From Clostridia bacterium (lineage in GTDB: Bacteria; Bacillota; Clostridia; TANB77; CAG-508): a stretch of 64,000 nt of DNA. Numbering within the stretch: the stretch's first letter is position 1; every line of letters begins with the position of its first letter. The translations under genes were made by a program, and so were the position numbers. The stretch covers positions 82,720-146,719 of the forward strand of contig JAFWNQ010000013.1 in the NCBI GenBank assembly GCA_017510245.1, in the 5' to 3' direction. Below are positions 19,496 through 29,692 of this stretch, piece after piece. Below the pieces are notes generated by a model, which was given only the letters and a program-made list of their open reading frames with translations, did not search any database and was not told the origin of the DNA.

Positions 19496-22400
19496 ATGAA
19501 AAATCATATAATTAGAAACATTTTGCTGATGATTATTATTGTAAGTGCAATCCTAGTTCAAAATTGTGTATTTGGAGCTAACGAGTTAATACTTGGAGAC
19601 ATAAATAAAGATGAAAAAATAGATTCAATAGATCTACTTTATATGATGAGGCACATAGTAGCAGAAAATGATGGAAATCATAAAGAGTGGATTTTAGAGG
19701 ATGAAAAGTATAAGTTAGCAGATATTACACAAAATGGAATAGTTAATTCAAGTGATTTGCTTGTTATATTAAGATATATAGCAGCAAACAACAATCCAGA
19801 AGAAATAGGAAAAAAACATAAAGAGTGGCTTGAAGTTAAAGAGATTGAATCACAAGAATCAAGAGAAGAAAATAATATACTAAAATCAGAAGACGATATT
19901 GAAAAAGAGAATACTTCTAAAAATACGATAGAAATAACCAATACAATTGAAGTATCAAATGAAATAATTGAGACAAATAGTTCTAAAATAGAACCAGATT
20001 TAGTTAATAATACTGAAATAGAAAAAACAAAATCTGAAGTAAAAGCAATTAATCTAAATAAATCTGTAATAGAGATAGAAAAAGGAACTACAGAACAGAT
20101 TATTGCAACAATTGAACCAAAAGAATTAAATAATGAAAAAATTGAATGGAAAATTGCAAATACTCAAATAGCAGAAGTAGATGAAACTGGAAAGATAACA
20201 GCTAAGAAAAATGGTGATACACTATTAACTGCAAGAACTACAAATGGAAAAGAAGCAGTAAGTAAAGTAAGAGTAGGAACATATCCAAAGTCAATAGAAA
20301 TAAACAAAGAAATAGTTAAGATGGACTTAAGTGGAAAAAGAACAGAAAAAGTTGAAGTAATTGTAAAACCAGATGATGCAAGTAATAAAGAAGTTAAAGT
20401 AGATAATAAAAATGAAAGAGTTGCTACAATAGATGGAGAAGGAAAGATAACAGCGAAAGAGAATGGCGAAACAGAGCTAACATTTAAAACTGCAAATGGC
20501 ATAGAGAAAAAGCTAAAAGTAAAAGTAGAAACAAGTGCAACTGGAGTGAAGCTTGATAAGAATTATATACAATTAGATTTAAGTAAAAATAAACAAAGCA
20601 CAATAAAAGCAACAATAGAACCAGGTACAACAAGTAATAAAGGAATAACATATAAGAGTAGTAATGCAGCAATTGCAACAGTAGATAAGAATGGAAAGAT
20701 AACAGCAAAAGGAAATGGAACTGCAAACATAATAGCTAGAACCGCAAATGGAAAAGAAGCAGTATGTAAAGTAGAAGTACAAACAGTAGCAACAAAGATT
20801 AATATGGATAAGAAAGTAAGCATAGACTTAAGTAAAAATACAGAGAAGAAAATAAAAGTAGAAGTAAAACCAGATAGTGCGACTAATAAGTCAGTAATGA
20901 TAAGAAGTGATAATGAAGCAGTAGCAACAATAGATTCTAGTGGAACTATAAAAGCAAAGAAAAATGGGACAGCAACAATTACAGCGCAGATAGCAGGAAC
21001 AGATATAGTAGAGACATGTAAAGTAACAGTAACAACAAGTCCAACAGGATTAAAGATGAGTAAAACAAATGTAAAATTAGATATGAGTGGAACAAAATCA
21101 ATAAAAATAACTGCAGAGGTACAACCAAGTACAGCAAGTAACAAGAAAATAAAATGGACTAATGGAAATAGTAATATAGTATATATGAGTGCATCGGGAA
21201 AAACTGCAACGATAACAGGACTAAAAAATGGAGAAGCCACAATAATAGCAGAAATAGAAGGAACCAACATAAAGAAAACAATTAAAGTAACTGTAACAAC
21301 GAGTCCAACTAAAATAACTTTGAATAAAACAAGTGAAACATTGGATATGAGCGGAGCAAAAACAGTACAACTAAAAGCAAAAGTTGAGCCAAGCACGGCA
21401 GAAAATAAAACAGTAACCTGGAGTAGTGATAATACTAAAGTTGCAACAGTAGATAAAAATGGAAAAGTTACAGGAAAAAATGAAGGAATTGCAACAATAA
21501 CTGCTAAAACACATAATGGAAAAAAAGACACATTCAAAATAACCATAAATAGTACAAAGATATCATTGGATAGGACAATATTAATGATTGATAATACGCA
21601 CTATAATATAGCTGATTTACAAGCTAATCTAAGTTCGACAGCTATATATAAAGGCGATGATATTACATGGACAATTTCAAATTCAAGTGTTGCAAAATTC
21701 AATAAAGATGGAAAGAAGTATTCAACTATTAAGGGAAGTGCAAAAGTTCAAATAGTGGGACTAAGTTTTGGTACAGCAAAAATAACAGTAAAAATACCAA
21801 ATGGTAAGACTGCTACATGTAACTTGAAAGTAATTACTTCATCAAAAGAACAATCTAATGGAGATAGAAGTTACTATTTTAGCAAAGGACATGGAATTAA
21901 TAATAATATGTTTTACTTAAGAAGTGGAACATGGGGAAATGAATATGTTGAAGCATATGTAGATAATATTGCTAAAATAGTTAAAAAGTATCAAGATACA
22001 AAATTTAAAGATGAGGCAGCAGCTAAAAAACTATATTGTTATGAACAAAAAAGTATGAGCATTATCACTAACAATAATACAATAACGAATGTTTCTGGAA
22101 AAGGATATCCTTATACTACAAGTGTTACACCATATAATAATGGCGATTTTAGAAAAATAATAAAAAATAAAGCTAAAGGAGAGATAACACCTAATGACTA
22201 TATTCTACTATTTACATCAAAAAATCAATGGGCATATCTATTGAAAAGAAATAAAAAAGGAAATTGGAAAGTTGTAAGTGCAAATCAGTCTTCAGGAGGA
22301 TATGAGAGAGATCAATTTGAAAGATACTTATGTATAAAATGGATAAGAAGTGGAATAGGACTATCATTAACAGATGTTATCTATAGCGAAACTGCATCAG

Positions 22401-22546
22401 TATATCAGAATTTAATACATACTGGACAAACACCTGGAGTACCAACAAGTGCTGGATGTATACATTTAGCTGGAAGCTATCAAGCAAAAATATACTATAG
22501 ACTATTTGTGGAAGCTGGAGTAGGAACTAGATTTATACTATTCTAA
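19496..22546 (+). CDS. large secreted surface protein: signal peptide + dockerin-type repeats + 7 Big_2 Ig-like repeats + C-terminal YkuD-like (L,D-transpeptidase fold) domain
   Basis: Dockerin EF-hand-like pair GDINKDEKIDSIDLLYMMRHI and ADITQNGIVNSSDLLVILRYIA. Repeated ..ATVDKNGKITAKGNGTA.I.A.. Ig modules. C-terminal HTGQTPGVPTSAGCIHL catalytic-type motif. Confidence 0.85.
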   Translation: MKNHIIRNILLMIIIVSAILVQNCVFGANELILGDINKDEKIDSIDLLYMMRHIVAENDGNHKEWILEDEKYKLADITQNGIVNSSDLLVILRYIAANNNPEEIGKKHKEWLEVKEIESQESREENNILKSEDDIEKENTSKNTIEITNTIEVSNEIIETNSSKIEPDLVNNTEIEKTKSEVKAINLNKSVIEIEKGTTEQIIATIEPKELNNEKIEWKIANTQIAEVDETGKITAKKNGDTLLTARTTNGKEAVSKVRVGTYPKSIEINKEIVKMDLSGKRTEKVEVIVKPDDASNKEVKVDNKNERVATIDGEGKITAKENGETELTFKTANGIEKKLKVKVETSATGVKLDKNYIQLDLSKNKQSTIKATIEPGTTSNKGITYKSSNAAIATVDKNGKITAKGNGTANIIARTANGKEAVCKVEVQTVATKINMDKKVSIDLSKNTEKKIKVEVKPDSATNKSVMIRSDNEAVATIDSSGTIKAKKNGTATITAQIAGTDIVETCKVTVTTSPTGLKMSKTNVKLDMSGTKSIKITAEVQPSTASNKKIKWTNGNSNIVYMSASGKTATITGLKNGEATIIAEIEGTNIKKTIKVTVTTSPTKITLNKTSETLDMSGAKTVQLKAKVEPSTAENKTVTWSSDNTKVATVDKNGKVTGKNEGIATITAKTHNGKKDTFKITINSTKISLDRTILMIDNTHYNIADLQANLSSTAIYKGDDITWTISNSSVAKFNKDGKKYSTIKGSAKVQIVGLSFGTAKITVKIPNGKTATCNLKVITSSKEQSNGDRSYYFSKGHGINNNMFYLRSGTWGNEYVEAYVDNIAKIVKKYQDTKFKDEAAAKKLYCYEQKSMSIITNNNTITNVSGKGYPYTTSVTPYNNGDFRKIIKNKAKGEITPNDYILLFTSKNQWAYLLKRNKKGNWKVVSANQSSGGYERDQFERYLCIKWIRSGIGLSLTDVIYSETASVYQNLIHTGQTPGVPTSAGCIHLAGSYQAKIYYRLFVEAGVGTRFILF
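20039..21835 (+). repeat. seven tandem ~80-codon Big_2-type coding repeats
   Basis: Periodic protein repeats are visible in the translation. This repetitiveness also produces the long spurious antisense ORFs. Confidence 0.8.
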
Positions 22547-22550
22547 GAAT

Positions 22551-22588
22551 AAAAAAACTCAAAGTCAATTAAGGCTTTGAGTTTTTTT
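22551..22588 (+). terminator. intrinsic terminator
   Basis: CTCAAAG pairs with CTTTGAG; A run upstream and T run downstream. Confidence 0.65.
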
Positions 22589-22601
22589 ATGAGAAAATTA
22601 A

Positions 22602-22631
22602 TTGACAAGTAATTAACAAATATGTTATAAT
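22602..22631 (+). promoter_or_regulatory. rplU-rpmA promoter
   Basis: TTGACA (22602-22607), 18 nt, TATAAT (22626-22631), with an upstream TG (extended -10). Confidence 0.55.
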
Positions 22632-22634
22632 AGA

Positions 22635-22722
22635 TAACTGTAAACCGCCTGAGTCGGGTAACTAAATTCTGGATATACCAGATACCTTGAATTTATGCTT
22701 AGCGAGTCTTATAAATAAAGGA
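22635..22722 (+). promoter_or_regulatory. possible L21-leader-type structured 5' UTR
   Basis: About 90-nt UTR that is relatively GC-rich, with hairpins (TCTGG-ATATA-CCAGA; CCG..CGG) directly upstream of rplU. Assigned by position only. Confidence 0.3.
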
Positions 22723-22734
22723 GGTGTACAATAA

Positions 22735-23049
22735 ATGTACGCAATAATTGAAAGTTGTGGAAAACAATACAAAGTAGCAGAAGGAGATGTAGTTTTCTTT
22801 GAAAAGTTAGATGTTGAAGAAGGAAAAAAAGTTACATTTGATAATGTAGTACTTGTATCTGACGAGAAAGATGTGAAAGTTGGAGCTCCTTATGTTAAAA
22901 GTGCATCAGTAGAGGGAACTGTAGTATCACACGGAAAAGGCAAGAAAATAATAGTTTATAAATATAAGCCTAAGAAAAACTACAGAAGAACACAAGGACA
23001 TAGACAACCATATACAAAGGTTGAAATAAAATCTATTAAAGTTGGATAA
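22735..23049 (+). CDS. rplU: 50S ribosomal protein L21
   Basis: [14 protein letters not shown] start, 104 aa, strong RBS AAAGGAGG. Confidence 0.95.
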   Translation: MYAIIESCGKQYKVAEGDVVFFEKLDVEEGKKVTFDNVVLVSDEKDVKVGAPYVKSASVEGTVVSHGKGKKIIVYKYKPKKNYRRTQGHRQPYTKVEIKSIKVG

Positions 23050-23087
23050 TAATTATTATAAATTAATAAGAAGGAAGGTGAATATAT

Positions 23088-23468
23088 ATGGCACATCATA
23101 AAGGGCAAGGTAGTACCGATAACGGACGTGACAGTGAGTCAAAGAGATTGGGTATGAAAAGAGCTGATGGACAATTAGTTCAAGCAGGAAATATATTATT
23201 TAGACAAAGAGGAACAAAAATGCATCCAGGTACTAATGTAGGAATTGGAAGCGATGATACATTATATGCAAAAATAACTGGAATAATGAAAGTTGAACGA
23301 TTAGGAAGAGATAAGAAGAAAATTAGCGTTTATTCTAAAGAAGAATTAGCAGCTAAGGATTCAAAAAAGGCTCCTGCTAAAAAAGCAGAAGCAAAGAAAA
23401 CAACTACAGCTAAGAAATCATCTTCAACAAAAAAGGTAGCAACAAAAAAGGAAGTAGCTACAGCATAA
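23088..23468 (+). CDS. rpmA: 50S ribosomal protein L27 with K/A/T-rich C-terminal extension
   Basis: [24 protein letters not shown] core directly at the N-terminus, plus a ~40-aa tail [34 protein letters not shown]. Confidence 0.9.
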   Translation: MAHHKGQGSTDNGRDSESKRLGMKRADGQLVQAGNILFRQRGTKMHPGTNVGIGSDDTLYAKITGIMKVERLGRDKKKISVYSKEELAAKDSKKAPAKKAEAKKTTTAKKSSSTKKVATKKEVATA

Positions 23469-23519
23469 ATTGTTAATAAAAATAAAACAGCAACTATTTA
23501 AGTCGCTGTTTTATTTTTA

Positions 23520-25946
23520 TTAAATATGTTTATTTAGATTTCCTTTTGTATATTCACTTCCAGTGAAAATCTTATTATTCTTAACTTTGTCAATTATTTC
23601 ATTTATTTCATCAACATTTCTATCTATAATTGAAATTCTTACAGAATCAACATTAAAATCAGAATATCTGATAGAAGTGATTTTACTATTATATATAGTA
23701 GAAATTGTTTGTAAATTGTCAGGAATTACTCTAAACTTCATATTCAATCTATCTTTTAAGAAATAACGGCTATTCTCACGTCTACAACTTGTTTTACAGG
23801 TTGGATAACACTTATTAGATGTTCCTAGTAAGCAATAGCCTGCATACATTACAGGTAATTTTCCATATACTAAAATCTCAGTAGGCAATGAACTATTATT
23901 TGCCAATATCTTTAATGACTTTTTATCAAGTTCCGGAGAAAGAGTAGCTTTAGTTATACCTAGTTGCTTTAAGTAATCAATACTAAAATTATTAAATATA
24001 TTAAAATTTGAGTTGGCTATAATTTCATGATTACTAAGTTTTTCTTTTAGATAACCAATAGAAGATAGATTTGATATTACAATTCCCTTAATATTAAAAT
24101 TTTGAAGTATATTATCAAAATTATTTAATATGATGTTTCTATAATTATCTTTGATTATTACTGGCATATAAATGTAAATATTTGCTTTAGTAGAAAGTTT
24201 TTTTATTGCTTTTGAATAGTTTTCATCAATGAAGTATTTAAAAGGAATATATATACTATCAATATCGTAAAGTTTGGTATAATCTTCTCTATAATTAATA
24301 GTATTTAGTAATAATGAAAGCTTAGGGTTATTATGTATTTTTTTATTCTTACTTGAATAAGAGACTTTATACTTGATAGGAATATTTTCAAATCTCTTAA
24401 TTGCCTGATTTTCTATGTCTTTAATGCATTCTCTTCGTAATTCATTAATAGTTGATATCTTTGGAATATAAATATTTTCATCCATATTAACGTGTATGTA
24501 TTTAAATACAAAAGGAGTATTTGTTGTTTTTGAAAGCTGACTCTTAATTCTTTCAGAAGAAATTGGGTTACTTATTGCATCTATTGGACATATTTGAGAA
24601 GTTTTTACTGATGACATAGAGAAGTAGTTACCATCTTCTTTGTCGCAAGATGTTACCTCTAAAGAAATAGGAGTATCTTTTTTTACTGTTATATTTGCAA
24701 CAAGCGGAATCTTTATATTTTCTTTATTTATATATTCGTTAACTGTTTTATAAGAAGAAATACTAGAAAGCTTATATACTTTATCACCTAAATTAATATT
24801 GCCTTTCATTCTTCCAATAGTAATAACATCTTTTATATTTGACTCTTTTATGTTCTTGTTATTTTGAGTTAGCTCTGAAATAGTATAAGAATGATCTTCG
24901 TTTTCAAAAGAAACTTTATCTCCAATTTGCAATTTTTCTAAAGATTCAAGAGTAATTAATCCTTTATTAGAATTCAGTTTAGATACATTGCCGATATATA
25001 GACCTATATTATTAGGTTTTTCCTTAAAAACATAATCTATATTGGGCTCACTATTAAAGTTTCCATCAGAGAATCCACCTCTATTAAATACTTGCATTAA
25101 TTCTTTAATATCTTTTTCATCAACAATATATGGTTCGTTAGAGTAAGCTAAGTTTATATACTTTTTGTATATTCTAGTTACAGTAGCAACATAAATGGGA
25201 GATTTCATTCTTCCTTCTATTTTTAAACACTTTACTCCAGCCTTTATTAAATCTGGAATATAATTTAAACCACATAAATCTCGTGGACTTAACAAATATC
25301 CTTTATCAACAGTTAGTTCTTTTAAGCTAGATGAAGATTCTTTAATTAATTTATAGGGAAGGCGACAAGGCTGAGCACATTTTCCTCTATTTCCAGACCT
25401 ACCTCCTATAGAACTTGAAAAAAGACATTGACCAGAGTAAGAAATACATAAAGCACCATGGATAAATGTTTCGATTTCTATTGAGCTATTATTACATATG
25501 TATTCTATCTCTCTTATAGACAATTCACGAGATAAAACTACGCGCTTAAAACCTAAATCTTGTAATTCTAATACACCATCCAAATTATGAGTTGTCATTT
25601 GCGTACTTGCATGAATAGCTAAATCAGGAAATGTCTTAATTAAATAAGTAGCAAGACCAATATCTTGCACAATTATTGAATCAACACCTAATGAATATAC
25701 ATAATTAGCTAAATCAACAGCTTGTTCAAATTCGTCATTTTTGATTAAAGTATTTAATACAAAGTTAACTTTTACATTTCGAAGCTTAGCATATATTATT
25801 GCTTTTTTTAGTTCATCATTATTAAAATTAGTAGCATATTCTCTTGCATTAAACATATTATTTCCAAAATATACGGAGTCAGCCCCGTTTTGAACAGCTG
25901 CTTTTAAACAATCATAGTCTCCAACAGGAGAAAGTAATTCTATCAT
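23520..25946 (-). CDS. peptidase U32 family protein (long, 808 aa)
   Basis: MIELLSPVGD..AAVQNGADSVYFG N-terminus and ETFIHGALCISYSGQC signature. Confidence 0.85.
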   Translation of the reverse strand: MIELLSPVGDYDCLKAAVQNGADSVYFGNNMFNAREYATNFNNDELKKAIIYAKLRNVKVNFVLNTLIKNDEFEQAVDLANYVYSLGVDSIIVQDIGLATYLIKTFPDLAIHASTQMTTHNLDGVLELQDLGFKRVVLSRELSIREIEYICNNSSIEIETFIHGALCISYSGQCLFSSSIGGRSGNRGKCAQPCRLPYKLIKESSSSLKELTVDKGYLLSPRDLCGLNYIPDLIKAGVKCLKIEGRMKSPIYVATVTRIYKKYINLAYSNEPYIVDEKDIKELMQVFNRGGFSDGNFNSEPNIDYVFKEKPNNIGLYIGNVSKLNSNKGLITLESLEKLQIGDKVSFENEDHSYTISELTQNNKNIKESNIKDVITIGRMKGNINLGDKVYKLSSISSYKTVNEYINKENIKIPLVANITVKKDTPISLEVTSCDKEDGNYFSMSSVKTSQICPIDAISNPISSERIKSQLSKTTNTPFVFKYIHVNMDENIYIPKISTINELRRECIKDIENQAIKRFENIPIKYKVSYSSKNKKIHNNPKLSLLLNTINYREDYTKLYDIDSIYIPFKYFIDENYSKAIKKLSTKANIYIYMPVIIKDNYRNIILNNFDNILQNFNIKGIVISNLSSIGYLKEKLSNHEIIANSNFNIFNNFSIDYLKQLGITKATLSPELDKKSLKILANNSSLPTEILVYGKLPVMYAGYCLLGTSNKCYPTCKTSCRRENSRYFLKDRLNMKFRVIPDNLQTISTIYNSKITSIRYSDFNVDSVRISIIDRNVDEINEIIDKVKNNKIFTGSEYTKGNLNKHI

Positions 25947-26545
25947 ATGTTATTAATTACTACATACTATTGTAGCATCCTTTCATTTTATTATTTATAT
26001 GCATATATTTTATCACAAAAAATAAGATATGTAAAAATGAAAAAAATATTATTACAAAATTATTACAAAATGATTAAAAAAACGTAAAATACAAAAAATG
26101 ATTTTTTGAAAATAACAAAAAATAAAATACGAGAAATTTAAAGAATAACGCAAAAACGGCATTCTAGAAATAAAATGCAGTAAAAATAATAGTAAAAAAT
26201 GGAGAAAAATAAAAAAATAATTTTTTAAAAAAGTGATAAAAAAATTAAAAAAATATAACAAAACGCCATAATTCAATATTGTAGGTTTTTAAATTGTCGG
26301 AATAGCTAAAAATGCAGAATGATATATAAAGCCAGAGTCTTAGATACAAGCTGAAACTAAGCAATGAATTACATAATAAATATAATTTGACATTACAAAA
26401 AAAGAAAGGTATTATAATTTTGCAAAAGGGGGAAAACAAAAAAATCCCACTTAATAATTTATATACAAACTATAACTATGATGTATTAAATGGCTTGAAT
26501 GGCTATCCTACAACAGGACGTTAAGTTTGCAGAAAGGATAAAAAA

Positions 26546-28813
26546 ATGAAGGTAGTAAAAAGAGATGGAAAAATCATTGATTTTGATTCAGAAAGAATCA
26601 GAGTTGCTATCAATAAAGCAAACAAAGAAGTTGATGATGATGAAAGAGCAAATGAAGAAGAAATCGAAGAAATTGTTAATTTCGTAAAGAAAATTAGAAA
26701 AAGAAGAATTCTAGTTGAAGACATTCAAGACATTATCGAAAACAAATTAATGGATATGCAAAAACATAATTTAGCTAGAGCATATATAACATATCGCTAT
26801 AATAGAGCTTTAGTTAGAAAAGCTAATACAACAGATCAAACCATTAAAGAGTTAATAGATGGAACAAGTGAATATTGGAATAGTGAAAACTCAAATAAAA
26901 ATGCTAAAATAGTTACAACACAGAGAGACTATTTGGCTGGAATTACTAGCACTGATATTACAAGAAGATTTTTATTAGATCCAGACATAGTTAAAGCACA
27001 TGATGAAGGAATTATTCATTTCCATGATGCAGACTATTTTGCTCAAAATGCTCTTCACAACTGTGACTTGGTAAATTTAGATGATATGCTTCAAAATGGA
27101 ACAAACATTAATGGTGTTCAAATTGATAAACCACATAGATTTCTAACTGCAATGACTATAGCTACTCAAATAATTACAGCAGTTAATTCAAGTCAATACG
27201 GAGGAGTTACAGTTACAATGACTCATTTAGCTCCATTTGTAAGAGATAGTTATAATAAATATTATAAGAAATATGAAGAAAGAAAACTTTCTAAAAAAGA
27301 CTGTGAAAAATATGCTAAAGAAGATTTAAAGAAAGAAGTAGAAGATGGAGTTCAAACATTCCAATATCAAATTAATTCAATGACAACTACTAATGGACAA
27401 GCTCCTTTCTTAAGTGTTTGCCTATATTTAGGTGAAACAGATGAATACAAAGAAGAATTAGCAATGATAATAGAAGAAATGTTAAAACAACGTATAGTTG
27501 GAATGAAAAATGAAAAGGGAGTTTTCATTACACCAGCATTTCCTAAATTATTATATGTTTTAGAAGAAGACAACATCCATAAAGATAGCAAGTATTATTA
27601 TCTAACAGAATTAGCAGCTAAATGTACTGCAAAGAGAATGGTTCCAGACTATATTTCTGAAAAAATGATGCTACAATTAAAGATAAATGAAAATGGAGAA
27701 GGTGATTGCTACCCATGTATGGGATGTAGATCTTTCTTAACACCAGATAGAACAATGAGTCTTGGAAACATTGCAAAAGCAAAGAACTATGTTGAGGGTA
27801 AACCAAAATACTATGGAAGATTTAATCAAGGAGTTGTTACAATCAACTTACCAGATGTTGCTTTATCATCAAGAAGAGATATGGATGAGTTCTGGAAAAT
27901 ATTTGATGAAAGACTTGAACTTTGTCATAGAGCTTTACAAGCAAGAAATGAAAGACTTGAAAGTGCAACAAGTGATTGTGCACCAATACTATGGCAAAAT
28001 GGAGCATTAGCAAGACTTGATAAGGGTGAATCACTTCATGAATTATTACATCATGGATATTCAACAATATCATTAGGTTTTGCAGGACTATATGAATGTG
28101 TAAAATATATGACAGGACATAGTCATACTGATGGAGCAGAAGGAGAAAAATTTGGATTAGAAGTAATGCAACATCTTAATGATAAATGTAAAGAATGGAA
28201 AGCTGCAGAAGATATTGATTATAGTGTATATGGAACACCAATAGAATCAACAACTTATAAATTTGCAAAATGTTTAAAACAAAGATTTGGAACTGTTGAA
28301 GGAGTTACAGATAGAGATTATATTACAAACTCTTATCATGTTCCTGTATTTGAGGAAATAGATGCATTTGAAAAACTAGCACTAGAAAGTAAATTCCAAA
28401 AGCTATCACCAGGTGGTGCTATAAGCTATGTAGAAACACCAAATTTACAAAACAATTTAGATGTTGTTGAACAATTAATACAATTTATTTATGACAATAT
28501 AATGTATGCTGAATTAAATACAAAATCAGATTATTGCCAACAATGTGGATTTGATGGAGAAATATTAATTGATGAAAACTTAGATTGGTATTGCCCAAAC
28601 TGCGGAAACAAAGACCATAGAACATTAAATGTTGCTAGAAGAACTTGTGGATATATTGGAACAAACTTCTGGAACAAAGGAAGAACTCAAGAGATAAAAG
28701 AAAGGGTTTTACATATTGATAATAAAGATTCAGAGCATTGTTGCTCAAAAGAACATGAAAAAGAAAAAGCTACTAAAAAAGAGAATGTAATGGAACAAGT
28801 TAGAATGTACTAA
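26546..28813 (+). CDS. nrdD: anaerobic ribonucleoside-triphosphate reductase
   Basis: ATP-cone N-terminus, Zn ribbon CQQCG..CPNCG, glycyl-radical motif RRTCGYIG. Confidence 0.95.
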   Translation: MKVVKRDGKIIDFDSERIRVAINKANKEVDDDERANEEEIEEIVNFVKKIRKRRILVEDIQDIIENKLMDMQKHNLARAYITYRYNRALVRKANTTDQTIKELIDGTSEYWNSENSNKNAKIVTTQRDYLAGITSTDITRRFLLDPDIVKAHDEGIIHFHDADYFAQNALHNCDLVNLDDMLQNGTNINGVQIDKPHRFLTAMTIATQIITAVNSSQYGGVTVTMTHLAPFVRDSYNKYYKKYEERKLSKKDCEKYAKEDLKKEVEDGVQTFQYQINSMTTTNGQAPFLSVCLYLGETDEYKEELAMIIEEMLKQRIVGMKNEKGVFITPAFPKLLYVLEEDNIHKDSKYYYLTELAAKCTAKRMVPDYISEKMMLQLKINENGEGDCYPCMGCRSFLTPDRTMSLGNIAKAKNYVEGKPKYYGRFNQGVVTINLPDVALSSRRDMDEFWKIFDERLELCHRALQARNERLESATSDCAPILWQNGALARLDKGESLHELLHHGYSTISLGFAGLYECVKYMTGHSHTDGAEGEKFGLEVMQHLNDKCKEWKAAEDIDYSVYGTPIESTTYKFAKCLKQRFGTVEGVTDRDYITNSYHVPVFEEIDAFEKLALESKFQKLSPGGAISYVETPNLQNNLDVVEQLIQFIYDNIMYAELNTKSDYCQQCGFDGEILIDENLDWYCPNCGNKDHRTLNVARRTCGYIGTNFWNKGRTQEIKERVLHIDNKDSEHCCSKEHEKEKATKKENVMEQVRMY

Positions 28814-28881
28814 ACTTAAGAAAAGATTGCTAAATAAGCTATGCTACATTTGGCAATCTTTTTCTTTACTATAAAAAGGAG

Positions 28882-29379
28882 ATGGAAATGAGATACAATA
28901 AAATAAGAAAAATGGATATTTCAAATGGACCAGGTGTTAGAGTTTCAATTTTTTTGCAGGGATGTGCTTTTCACTGCGAAGGTTGTTTTAATCCTGAAAC
29001 ATGGGATTTTGAGGCTGGAGAAGAATTTACAGAAGAAACTGTGGATGAAGTGATGGAACTTTGTGGAAAGAGTCACATAAAGGGATTGTCAATATTGGGT
29101 GGTGAACCAATGCATCCTTCTAATATAAAAGCAACAGAAATGCTTGCTAAAAGGTTTAAAAAAATGTACCCAGATAAAAATCTATGGGGATGGTCAGGAT
29201 ATACTTTTGAGGATTATTTAAGTAAACAAGATGTAATTAAATACTTTGACGTAATAGTAGATGGACAATTTGATATTAAACTAAGAAACCCTAAATTAGA
29301 ATGGAAGGGATCAGAAAATCAAAGAGTAATAGATGTTCAAAAAAGTTTAAAAAATGGGAAAGTAGAAATATTAGAATAA
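28882..29379 (+). CDS. nrdG: anaerobic ribonucleotide reductase activating protein
   Basis: 165 aa; NGPGVRVSIFLQGCAFHCEGCFN radical-SAM cluster motif; follows nrdD. Confidence 0.9.
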   Translation: MEMRYNKIRKMDISNGPGVRVSIFLQGCAFHCEGCFNPETWDFEAGEEFTEETVDEVMELCGKSHIKGLSILGGEPMHPSNIKATEMLAKRFKKMYPDKNLWGWSGYTFEDYLSKQDVIKYFDVIVDGQFDIKLRNPKLEWKGSENQRVIDVQKSLKNGKVEILE

Positions 29380-29405
29380 AAATACCTTCAGATTAGCTGA
29401 AGGTA

Positions 29406-29492
29406 TTTTTAAAAATGGTGCAGATGGTGGGACTTGAACCCACACATGATTTCTCATAACAGATTTTGAGTCTGTCGCGTCTACCAATTCCA
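29406..29492 (-). tRNA. tRNA-Leu (anticodon CAA), long variable arm
   Basis: The reverse complement folds as GCAGATG / GTG-GAATTGGTAGA-CGC / ACAGA-CTCAAAA-TCTGT / long variable arm / GTGGG-TTCAAGT-CCCAC / CATCTGC-A-CCA. Confidence 0.9.
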
Positions 29493-29537
29493 CCACATCT
29501 GCATATCTAAATATGTGCATTGCATCTAATAACGTCT
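29476..29537. repeat. 62-nt direct repeat, copy 1 (5' 17 nt of tRNA-Leu plus its upstream region)
   Basis: aattccaccacatctgcatatctaaatatgtgcattgcatctaataacgtctacctgcatct. Confidence 0.9.
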
Positions 29538-29630
29538 ACCTGCATCTCCGCTTATTCAGAGATTCTTACGAATCTCTTGCTCCGATGCATAAGTTATCTG
29601 TAACTCGCAGAAGCTCGAACAGCTAACTTA

Positions 29631-29692
29631 AATTCCACCACATCTGCATATCTAAATTTGTGCATTGCATCTAAAAAAGTCTACCTGCATCT
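29631..29692. repeat. 62-nt direct repeat, copy 2
   Basis: Same sequence with 3 mismatches, 155 nt from copy 1. The intervening ~90 nt is richer in G+C. Confidence 0.9.

Noticed and set aside
20563-21546. 327-aa antisense ORF (plus 20164-20502, 20484-20726 and 20579-20782) inside the Big_2 repeat region
   Set aside because: It lies opposite a strongly supported repeat-containing gene. The translation is low-complexity hydrophobic text (V/F/L/A/I). This is typical of the shadow frame of K/T/E-rich repeats. There is no RBS.
25947-26545. 600-nt A-rich gap between the U32 peptidase and nrdD, with track ORFs 26052-26276, 26245-26439 and 26521-26724. Considered as genes, an origin of replication or NrdR boxes.
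   Set aside because: The ORFs are F/L/I/K low-complexity translations of poly-A/T sequence. I found no cluster of TTATCCACA-type DnaA boxes. The best NrdR-box-like stretch (ACAAACTATAACTATGATGT) matches its own reverse complement at only about half the positions. The repeated ATTATTACAAAA motif is simply the complement of the TTTTGTAATAAT extended -10 used widely here.
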